From assembly GCA_009103225.1 (NCBI GenBank), contig RHPI01001202.1, positions 305,206 through 369,205 of the forward strand: DNA of 64,000 nt. Reading direction: 5' to 3'. The stretch comes from Chlorokybus atmophyticus. Taxonomy: Eukaryota; Plantae; Mesostigma and Chlorokybus algae. The position numbers and the translations under genes were made by a program. Positions 1-10,621 of the stretch are shown here, piece after piece. Positions within the stretch are counted from its first letter, which is position 1; the number at the start of each line of letters is the position of its first letter. The notes under the pieces are model-generated. The model was not told where the DNA came from. It did no database searches and was given only the letters and a program-made list of their open reading frames with translations.

Positions 1-579
1 AAACGCCAATAAGCAGGGCATTTGCTCACGGTGAGAGCTTATTAAGATGTTAACAGCCACTGCAGCCGAATGTAACTACGGTTGCCTGCCGTACGGTACC
101 AAATTGCTGAGAGACAGCAATGATGTTTGATGTGTCACATCGTTTGCTGAACCATGTGACGCAGGCTGAGTCACCCACTTGGATGACTCCAACTGGCAGC
201 ACCAATACCAATACCGCAGTCTGGCGACAGGCGCGCGTTTTGTCGTTGCTAGCGAGCAGTGCCATTATTGCTGGCCGTGCCACCATTCTCGATTTTGGCA
301 CCAGCAGCAGTGCCAGGAGGAGGAGGAGGAGGGCAAGCCGCGGCGCGGAAAAGGCTGCCGCGCCCAGTAGAACAGTCAACATGTCAATTGAACGGCGAGA
401 AAGAGAACAAAAAACAACCAAGGCGTGGGCGGCAGTGACAGTGGGGGCATGGCTAGCAGGGGGTGGCGGCGGCGGCGGGGAGGTGGCGGCGGCGGGAGCG
501 GTGGTGAGATGGTCGTTGGTATTGGTGTGCGGGGCTTGTTGATGACTGTTTACGGGTGAGAAGACGGGGGCCGGTGTCA

Positions 580-3500
580 ATGTTGATGACGCGGGGGTTT
601 GAGGCGAGCGGTTGCAGCAGCAGCGGCAGCGGCGCCAAGCACGGCCGCCTGGCCTGCAAGGGCGTCGGCGAAGCTGCTGACGCTACCGCCGGCAGCGCCA
701 ACCACGCTGGGACGCGTCGGCGACGCCGCACCTCCGACGTCGACGGAGAAGCAATTCGTGGAGCAGGAGGACGAGCAGGAGGGGCACGAGCAATCCGAGC
801 AGAGGCAGGCTGCGATGACGACGGGGCGTCGTCGTCGTCCTCTAGCAGGAAGAGCAGCAGCCGGCCGCCCTCGCAAGATTACCAACAACGCCGTGGAGGA
901 GAGCGACTAGAAGGGTCGTCGTCTCATGGGCAAGAAGCTGGCAACGGCCTCGGCAACAACCTGCAGGAGGTCGCCGCCGCCATAGGGGCTGCTGCGGCGG
1001 CGGCTGAGCAGGACGTCACAGCGACAGCTGCCACGTCCGACGCACTTGCAGCCATGCCAGATGAACGCTTTGAGTGGCCGCTCGCTGCTCAGGTAACAGC
1101 TTTGCCTTTCATCTTTGCAGCTGTCAGCTTGCATGTACTTGCATGCATGCAGTTTGTGCTTGCTGCACATGTGTTAGGAACAGCCTATATGTCAACTCAG
1201 TTGGCGACAGTGTGGTCCCCTCATTGCATACACAGCCAAGCCAGCAAGCGATTGCACACAACTGTGTTGGTACGCACGCGTCAGTCTTCAGCTCATGCGT
1301 GAAGATTACTGTTTCTCCTTCCTCTAGCAAGAAGGGCTTGCAGCAGCTTTTTGCGCATGATGTTGACAACAAGTGCAAGAGGTTCTAGTTCAACAAGAAG
1401 GGTTTGCAGCAGGGTGCCCTGGTGTAATGCAATGGTTGTCTTGCATGCACGTGTCCATCTACAAGCGGCTCAATGTCAATGCAACACCAGCACGTGTAGT
1501 TTTCACAAGAGAAATCAGCTATGTGTGCTGCAATGCAGTTGTACAGGTGTTGGTTCGCACAGTCCCATGCAGCTCTCACTTACAAGCACCTGTTACATGT
1601 GAGTTGTGTGTATCGTCCATGAGTTCACTTGCAGAAGCCTGCAACTGAATGCAAACAGTCAGCAAGTTAACAGTTGTTAGGCTGTCTGCATGCATTGAGC
1701 CACACACTGTACTAATGAGTACTTTGTTGTGTTACAGCCGCACGGCGTAACTGTGGTAGTTGAGGAGCGCACTTTCAAGATCCTGTCGATGAGCAGCAAC
1801 ATACATGAGCTCGTGTGGGAGCGACCCGCTCCGCATGGAAATCCTTATGCCGGTTTAGGTCAGGACGCTCGCAGCCTTTTCACCCCTGCGGCAGCACCTC
1901 ACATTCAGAAAGCGATGGCCGCTTCCGATCTCAGCGTGTTCAACCCTATTGCCGTTTTCACTGCCAGCAGCGGCCGCCCCTTCTTTGCCATCCTTCATCG
2001 CATCCCAGCAGGTGTGTACTTTGGTGCTTGCATGCATGTGTGCACGCCTTCCAACTCTTGCCGGCTCTGTTGGTCAACATACCTTTGCAGGTGTTGTGAT
2101 GGACTTGGAGCCCATCAGCAACAACAGTCAATCGCTCGGCCCAGTGCAGGCGGGTGCACTCGCGTCGCACAGTCTAGCCGCCGATGCAATAAACCGGTTG
2201 CAGGCCATCAGGTCAAACACAGAAGGGCCCATCTGCAACGCAGTTGTTGAAGAAGTAAGCTTACCACTACTACTCCTGGTTCCCATTGCGTGCATAGCAG
2301 TGGAGGAGTGCTAGGTAGTAACAGCCAATAGGTCTTGTTGGCTTTAAGTGTTCTGTTGAGCAGTGCATTCATGCGATCTTCTTGACAGCCCAACATAACG
2401 TGTAACATGTTGTGACTGAGAGTCTGGATTGGTATCCGCAGGTGCGAGAGCTTACTGGCTATGATCGCGTGATGGCGTACACTTTTCAGAAGGACGGGTC
2501 GGGCCAAGTGGTGGCAGAGTCGGTGCGCGAGGATCTGGAGCCATACTTGGGGCTCAACTTCCCTGCCAGTGACATTCCCAAGGAGGCGAAGAAGCTGTTT
2601 CTCAGAAATCAGAGCCGGCTGATACCCGACTGCACCGCACACAACGTGCCGATGCTGTTGGCTCCTGACGCGCCTCCTGGCATATCGTTGGCGTGCAGCA
2701 CGCTGAGAGGCGTGATGGGCTGCCACAGGCAGTACATGCACAACATGGGCACGCGGGCTTCATTGGTCATGGCCGTTATTGTGCATCATCCGCGCATGGG
2801 CAGGAACACGACGATACATTCGAGCAAAGCTTCGAAGGGGCGGCGAGTGTGGGGACTCATTGTCTGCCATCACACCACGCCGAGGACAGTGTTGTACCCG
2901 CTGCGCGCGGCATGCCAGTTCCTCATGCAGGTGTTCGGACTGCAGCTGGATGCACAGCTCGTGCGTGCGGTGTTTGAGGCAGAGAAGGCGCTGCTACGAA
3001 CGCAAACCATCCTCTGCGACATGAGCCAACGGGAAGGACTCCCTGCGAGCGCCATCACAGAAGCTCCCTCCGCAGCAGAGCTGATAGCGTGCGACGGGGC
3101 TGGCCTCTGGCACACCGGACACTTCTACGGGACGGGCCTGGTGCCAACGGAGGAGCAAGCGCATTTGATGGTGTTGTGGATGCGCGGCGCGCATGGGGAC
3201 TCTGCCGGCCTTCGCACCGACAGCCTCGTGGATGCGGGGTTCCCCTCCGGCAAGGAACTACAGGAGGCCAGCATCGTGGGCATGGCAGCGTGTCGCGTGG
3301 GCATAGACAGCTACCTTATGTGGTTCAGAAGGCCTGTTGAGCAGGTTCGCCGCTGGAGAGGAGATCTCGCTGCCGTGGCCGTGCACGATGAGCTTCACAC
3401 CTTTCAAGTCGAGGAGGAGGGGCGGACTTATGTATGGGTTCGCAGCGGCCGCAGCGAGGCGTGGGCAGACAGGGAGCTCGATGCGATACATAGCTTGCAG

Positions 3501-5084
3501 CTGGTGCTGTACGAGGCGGCCGAGTCGGATGCACGTGGCCTTCGCCTGCGGCTCAAGGAGCTCTCCATCATGGCCAACGAGATGGTGCGGTTGGTTGAGA
3601 CGGCCTCGGCGCCCATCTTTGCGGTGGATACAGCGGGAAAGCTTACGGCCTGGAATGCGAAGGTCAGCCGCCTCGCGGCCCTGCCCTTTCAAGACGCCGT
3701 TGGGAGGCACCTCGTGGCGGACATTATGGCGGATGCCAACTCTCAGGCCCGCTGCGAGCGCATGGTGCAGTTGGCGTTGCGTGGGGAGGAGGTTGCTGAC
3801 GAAGAGTTGCAGCTGCGGCGGTTTGATAGCAGTGGTTTGGGCTCGGATGCACACCTTGTGCTCAAAGTCAACACGTGCGCCACACGTAACAGCCGCGGGG
3901 AGGTGGTGGGAGTGTGCTTCGTCGGCCAGGATATGACTCAGTACCGAAGAGTACTCGATCGCTATGTGTGCCGACAAGGAGACTACACGGCACTTGTACA
4001 CAATCCCTCCCCGCTTATCCCGCCACTGTTCGGCGTTGATGCCAATGCCTGCATCAGCGAGTGGAACCTCAACATGGCCTCCCTGTCCGGCTGGGCGAAG
4101 CAGGAAGTCGAGGGGCGCCCATGCAGGTCCGTGTTTTCGCATGACGTGAACGCTTTGTGTCGGCAGCCTGACCCGGAGGTGGCGGTCCGCTTTGAAGTGG
4201 CGGTGGCGAAAGCGCTGCATACTGGCCAAGACACGGCCGCCATGTCCTTCTCGTTCAAGCCGCGTGGCAAGGATACATTAAATGTTAGGTTGACAGTGTG
4301 CGCGCGTCAAGACCGCGGGGCCACTTGTCTGCTGCAGCATGTGAGTTCTGAGCTGGAAGAGCTTATGGAGCATCAGCGAGCTGAGGAGAAGGCGTGTGCG
4401 CTGCTCGTGCGCGAGGTGGCATATCTGCGCGATCAAGTTAAGCCTCCCATAGACGGCTTGCTTGCGGCCTGCCGGTCGCTGCCGAGGGTTCTCGTGTATG
4501 ACGACCAGAGGCAAGTTGCTCAAGTGGCGGAGTCCTGCGCGGCCCAGTTGAGCATGATTACACTGGACGACGCTAATGCGGGCGGCGTTCAACCCGTTAT
4601 TGGCATCGTCGCCAAGCCCTTTGATCTTCAAGACCTCGTTAATGCGGTCATCGCGCAGGCCATGGTTGGTGCGAGCTTACGCGGGCTTCACATCTCCTCC
4701 TCAGTCACGCTGGCCGCAAAACAGATTGGTTTGGTGCTCGGCGATGCCTTGCGATTGCAACAGGTGCTGGCGGATCTTGCACGAATCGCCGTTGAGCACA
4801 CCAGGGCCGGGTACGTGGAGGTTGGAGTTGATGCCACGCCTGAGGGCCAGGCTGCTTGCGTGGTGCTGCGGGTAGCGTACACGGGAAGACCGATCGCGCG
4901 CGACCTGCACAATATGCTGGTAGATAGCAACGGCATGCTTGATCGGCGGCGCTCCTTCTCGCAGGTGTCGCTCTGCCAGCAGCTCATTGTGCTGATGGGC
5001 GGGAAAGTGTTTTATGTCAGCGAGCCCACGGCCAAGGGATACAGCTTCAATGTCCAGATGACTTTCCCCATCGCGCAGCTATGA
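580..5084 (+). CDS. PHY: Phytochrome, streptophyte type but non-canonical (NTE-nPAS-GAF-PHY-PAS-PAS-HK-related). Proposed exons 580-1092, 1738-2011, 2091-2254, 2442-5084 (~1197 aa)
   Basis: GT-AG splices join in frame: ...PLAAQ|PHGVTVVVEE...LHRIPAG|VVMDLEP...AVVEE|VRELTGYDRVMAY. The GAF has ASDIP, LRGVMGCHRQY (bilin Cys-His) and WGLIVCHH with the plant-type insert. PHY ends ELDAIHSLQL, followed by two PAS domains (LVETASAPIFAVD; NPSPLIPPLFGVD) and an HK-related tail lacking the phospho-His. Exon 1 and the start codon are less certain than the rest. Confidence 0.95.
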
Positions 5085-6899
5085 GCACTGCACAGTTTTT
5101 CCCCAACACATAGCCTTGTATATTCCCTTTGGACAGTGACATTGTCACTGTACGGTGACAGACACTGTCTGGCATTGCGCCAGACCCTAGGCGGGCATGT
5201 CCGCTGCGTGTAGCTATAAGTTATTGTTAGTGCTGTTTCTTGCGACAAGGACGCAAGTTAATTGCATGCATAGGCTTGGACCTGACTAGTTGTACCATCA
5301 ACAACAAGAGTGCCGTTCTATGATAATTTGCAGTAAAGCTAGGCTAACAATAAACGCTGCATACTTAGGTTAAGTGTACATCATGATGCAGCTGTGCTGT
5401 CACCTAGCGGTAAATCAGACAAGATAGAACTGAACTGAACTTTGTCTTGATGGTCGGACACTAGCCAATAAGAAATAGAACTACTTGCTAAACTCGTGGG
5501 GAGAAAGGCAAACAATTCGACAAAGTGAAGTACAACTTGTACTTGATTGCCATGTTGTCATATGTGAAGATGATTACTTAGTCTCTAACGCATGATAGAT
5601 CAATATTGTATTGCATGGGTGCATCAGAATTCGGCGTGTATAGCTCCCACCATCTCAATCCAATCTAATCTTGATGCAACATAGAACGCCATTTTCGGTT
5701 TGTGTGTAGCATTGCGCTCGTACAAACAAAATTAACCAACGCGATTGCGACTCACACAACCACGCATTGACACTACAAACGGCATTAAAATGTTTTGCGG
5801 CATAATGATGATGCATAGAACTGCAAACGCAAGCATAGCTTCGATATTGTTTGCATTAGGTAATGCTCATCAACCACAACCTGTGAAGGCTGGTAACGCT
5901 CTTGATCTACGCATCGCCAACTGTTGACAACACTGATATTGATATTCATATGAAGATGTATCAACCGCATCGTTACGGGCACATTGTGCTATAGACAATA
6001 TTATTCACATGGTATAGAATTTACCTTGAACAACACACAACCAATGCACAAAGCTAAGATGATTGGTGTGCACGTTGTCCTTTTAACGAATGCCAAAGCC
6101 TGAATCTGCCCATGCTCTGTCATGCGTCATATGAGGGTTTAATTCTTGAGGTTTATTCTTGCGTCGCAGTGTTAAGTCGAGTCTAGCTAAGTTGTGAAGC
6201 CCTACCTTGACCTTCATGTACGCTTTTTACTGCCTTGAAATGTGCGTGTGCGTCAAGAAAGCCATGCAGTATGGTTTGTGTGTGTATACGGTGCGCGGAC
6301 ATACGTGATGCAAATGGATATGTGCACTCTGTTGCTGCATGATCAATATGCATGCACGCAATCATCAGCATAGCACACATACAACACTATATTACACCAG
6401 GCTATGTGTGTGTGTTCAATATATGCAATGCTGTGATGTGTGTGGCATGCTGGCACGTGCCTTGTACAAACATTCTTGCTTGCTTGCTTTCTGTAGCTCA
6501 TATGCGAGTTATGCCGTTTACATACGTGTTTGAGTGATCAAAGGTTTAAGTATGAATGACATGCACTGAGCACTTCGTCAGAAGGATTATGCAGTACAAT
6601 ATAGTGTGGTGAGGAGCTGACTCACGGGAATGCCATGTACATGACTGTGAAGGCTTCATCATCAGTGGTTACCCAGCATATAGTGCTTTTCAACATAAGA
6701 GCTGCGCAAAGCAAACTCAATGACATGCGTACATGGTTGTGTAGCGTGCTGTGCTGCTCTACCTCACGGTCATGCGGACTCAAACACAACCACACACGTC
6801 ACGCACATTATATACAGCGTACGCCACAGCGACGACCTCAACTGCACAGGTGGTGCCATGCTGACGTGGTGCATGCTGCATGCAAGCTAACCCTAACCT

Positions 6900-6945
6900 T
6901 AACGTCCAAGCGATGCTGCCTGGCGGCAGCATCGCTTGGACGTTA
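6900..6945. repeat. Perfect 21-bp inverted repeat with 4-nt loop
   Basis: taacgtccaagcgatgctgcc (6900-6920), loop tggc, ggcagcatcgcttggacgtta (6925-6945). Confidence 0.95.
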
Positions 6946-8255
6946 TGGCGGTACGTTGTAAGCGACTGCAGCGTGGGCGATGGTGGCGGTGTGGGGGGAG
7001 GGAAGGGAAGGGTGTTGGTCTGCTGCTGCTGTTGCTGCTGGGGTCCAAGGGCTGGCCGCTAACCCTGCGCCATTGTCCGGATGACTGACTGGGACATTTG
7101 CATGCTTGTGTGACTAACGGGGAAGGCGAGTAGTGTAGTAGTAGTGTAAATAGTATAGCGCGGTGGTGAATTAAATAAGTTTTTGTGTTTTGGCTATGTC
7201 TGGTGGGTGAATGTCACTGTGTGTGTGGTGATGCAGGACACCTCTTGCATGCGGCATATGAGGCATAACATCCAATAACATAGTTTTTACACACGCGGCA
7301 GCGTCACGCAGCATATACCCAATGATGTGCGTGACGTGGAATGCGGCGAGTGGAACTGCACTTAGGGTATAGCAATGAAGATCACAAGCAACAAGCAAAG
7401 CACAGCAAGCAGCAGGCAGCACATGGCACGAGAAGCTATTACAGCGGTCTAGCTATGGGGTTGGTTGTCTATGTGCCAATGCAGTAGACCCCAAGGCATC
7501 GGCAAGCAGGAGAGACGGGCGCAGCAGCGCTCACCACAGCGGTAGGTAAAACAATGAAGTAGAAACCAACCAGCCCGGAGATTTGTGTTTGACTGCGTGA
7601 TTGGTGAGTGTACATAAATCTCAAGAAGCTCTAGGCATGCAATAAATGCCTTGCATTCATTGTGTAGTGACTGTACTCTTGGCTAACATGTTATGTAAAC
7701 ATGGCATGTGTGACTTTGCATGCACGAATTCCGCACTCCTTTTAGACACTTCTCATATCAGCCCTTGCTCCCCTTCTGTGCACGCGCGCGGGCCCACGGA
7801 AACATATAAATATGTGCTAACGCACTTGCTAACATGCAATTCAACTCATTGCAATAACTGGGTGGTAGGCGGCAATGACGAGTGCCGCACAACCCAACAA
7901 ACGCGGCTACATCAGGAAGGTTATCATCATCTATACAAATACCACGTATAGACGCCCAACTTATTATTGTACTTCGTCCCTTATTGGTGCGCTAATGCAC
8001 TCCTTGTTATGCAGAAGCTGGAGAACCGTGGTGGGAAGCGTATCTACATGGTATTACTGGAGAACCGTGGGCGCCACGGAAAAGGGCAAGCAAGAAGTCG
8101 CTCAAAACCATAATGGCGAGCAACAGTCTCCCTGGCAGCTATAGACTGCACCGCTAAAATGAAACAGACTGAGTGAATGCAGCGTCCACTCCACACAGCT
8201 TCGGCGCTGATGTGGGAAGTTGGGACAGCCGGCAAAGCCACAATGAGCTGCGTAC

Positions 8256-10621
8256 TTAATACAGGGGCGTGCTCCCGCAGCAGTAGTATTCAAAAAAGAC
8301 TTGCTGAAGGACTTGGACCGCAGCATCCTTGATGGCTTTCCACAGCATGGCAACGCTGTCGTCTCTAAGGTCGTATCTCAACATCTTGACACCGTCCACT
8401 TCGGTGAGCGTCATGAACACAGGGCTGCTGGCATTGATTGCAGATGCAAGGGCGTGATTGAGGTCGCTTGCCCTGATACCTTGCCATTCTGCACCCACAA
8501 GGCCGAAAGTAACAACAGACGGGCACAGATTGCTCGCTGGTATGACACGGAATCGCGGGTCAGACTCAATGTGCGCTGTCAGCTTGTCTGTCTGGACTGC
8601 GGTCAGACAGAGAGCGGATTTGCTGTCTGGCGGGGCCAAGCATGCGTACAAGCTGGCTCTGATGGCCGCGACATCCAGGGCTTGGCCAATCAGAACAAAC
8701 TGCACTTTGGGTGGGTTGCCTTGCGGCCACTCGTCTTCCACAAAGTTGAATCTGCGCCGACCACTGAGCTGCAACAGGTACCTGCTGCCCTCCGCCACAT
8801 CAAACCACAGGAAGCCCTTTGCTCTGATGACCGATGGTGGCAAGTGATGTGCGATGAATTCCTGTAAATACAACGACCGTCAGAACCGGTATCAGGGTAT
8901 CAAGGCGAGACATGTGCCAGTCAACATTGAGACAACTGTGCCACCACGAACCTGAAAGCGTGCCAACACCAGTGGTCTGGTAGCACAAAATGACATAGAG
9001 ATCAGGCCGTCTTGTTCAAGGTGGTCGCCGTGGTGCATGTCGCCTTCATCAAAACTGTCATCGTGATGCTGATGATGGTGATGTCTCTCACAGGCGTTGC
9101 TGCACATGTGGGAGGCAAGGCCCCCCTCCTGCTCTTGCCAAGTATCCATGTCTTGCAGGTGTTGCACCACGGACTCCACTTCTTCGGCATGCAGCTGTTG
9201 GTTTTTTATGCAAGCACTCTGCGTTGCGGCTGTAGCAAGTATCGCAGCTAGTGGCGCCTGTCCGTAACTGCATCTGATGACAGCCGGCTGGCCTGCTACT
9301 GTTGCGTTGGGTGCCGTGAGTATGCACCTGAGAGCGTTCTCGACCTGCATATACACACAATGTTGTTTGTATACGCAGAGATAGTGTACAACTTGCAATG
9401 ATGTCATATTGCGCTGGATGCCTTGCAAGTTAATGCTAGGTACGTTTGCTGACCTCTGTGGTGCGTCTCCATGGTAGCAGGTCGACTTTGTTAAGCAGAA
9501 TAACATCTGCGCAAGTCAACTGACTTCGTGCAGCTGCACTCCCATAACATTCAGCGGAGAATGCCTGCGAACGAATCGCTTTGAGCAAGATCCTTGCGTG
9601 TAAGTGTGGTCCCTAACTAGCAACCTATCACGCATGCTCACCTCAGAGTCAACCACTGTCACGACATTTGCCAGCCACACGTATGCACGCATTGCGGTCA
9701 TGGCAAACGTCTTGATCAGCGGGAGAGGGTCGGTTACACCGCTTGTCTCGAGCACAACATGGTCGACTGCACCGTCAGCATTCTTCAGCACCTTTTCCAC
9801 AGCTGCCTGGCAAGCATCAACCAGGTTAGGTTTGTGCCAAGAGCGCAGATCAAGCGAACAGAGTGCCGACTCCAGTGTGCAATGCTACCTTTTCAAGCAA
9901 AAGGCAACACAATACCAACCTGCAAATCAGTGTTGATGGAACAGCACACGCAGCCATTTGTCAACTGCACCATGTCGGGCAGCTTGCCATTCTCTCCTTG
10001 CACGAGAGCACCATCGATATCGACGTCTCCAAACTCGTTCACCTGCACGGAATCAAATTCGACTGAGACATATGCACATGGTGTTTCAGAACAAGTGAGG
10101 CAGTAGTTATAGGCAGCGGACAGATACATACAGCATGCCTGACTGCATGGCTGCTTACCAGGACAGCAATCCTCAAGCCAGCGCTGTTGTGCAGCAAGCG
10201 GTTAAGCACGGTTGTTTTGCCACTTCCCAGAAAACCTGAGTTATCACACGGTCAGTGTCCGCACAATGCAAAACACCTACCAGCGTTCCACCACTTCACA
10301 CAATGCAACTCAAGCAAGCGCTAATACAGCTGCAAGCTAGGGTGCGCACAATTGCGGCATCAAGGCAATTGTCCCGCACGTTTGCGAAGGTGATCAACTT
10401 TGCAAGCTTGCACTTTGGCAAAATTGAGGCCACGGTTTTCAGCACGTACCAGACAGGATGGTGAGCGGCACGGCGCTCGGGCGTGTCCTCTCAGGTGCTC
10501 CCATGGCGGCGGGTCTGTCGCTGGGGTCGTTGATGTTGCTGGCTCCCCCAACCCCCCCAACTCTGCCTGTGGCGGCAGTGTTGCGGCTAGAAGAAGCTAA
10601 CCCAACATGTTGTTCGCGCAT
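8256..10621 (-). CDS. COG0523/CobW-family (ZNG1-like) metal-chaperone GTPase with His-rich linker, CobW_C domain and ~120-aa C-terminal extension. Exons 10621-10450, 10235-10159, 10042-9920, 9806-9642, 9564-9454, 9344-8952, 8861-8256 (548 aa)
   Basis: All introns are GT-AG and phases match. Motifs: VPLTILSG|FLGSGKTT (Walker A), VNEFGDVDID, NGCVCCS (CxCC), VLETSG, LLNKVD (NKxD), ERHHHHQHHDD, VIRAKGFLWF...QFVLIGQALD. The start Met could be 10621 or a later ATG. Confidence 0.93.

Noticed and set aside
50-382. Minus-strand ORF with a hydrophobic start (MLTVLLGAAAFSAPRLALLLLLLALLLV), possibly the first exon of a gene divergent from PHY
   Set aside because: No recognisable domain; the Leu run is just the reverse complement of a GGA/GAG repeat, and the gene would run off the window.
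1093-1737. Possible extra phytochrome exon encoding the plant ITAYL..IQRG segment
   Set aside because: No phase-compatible exon with that sequence was found, and direct splicing 1092-1738 already gives an in-frame QPHG.
5133-5151. acagtgaca-t-tgtcactgt palindrome in the PHY 3' region
   Set aside because: Only 9-bp arms, which is plausible by chance in 64 kb.
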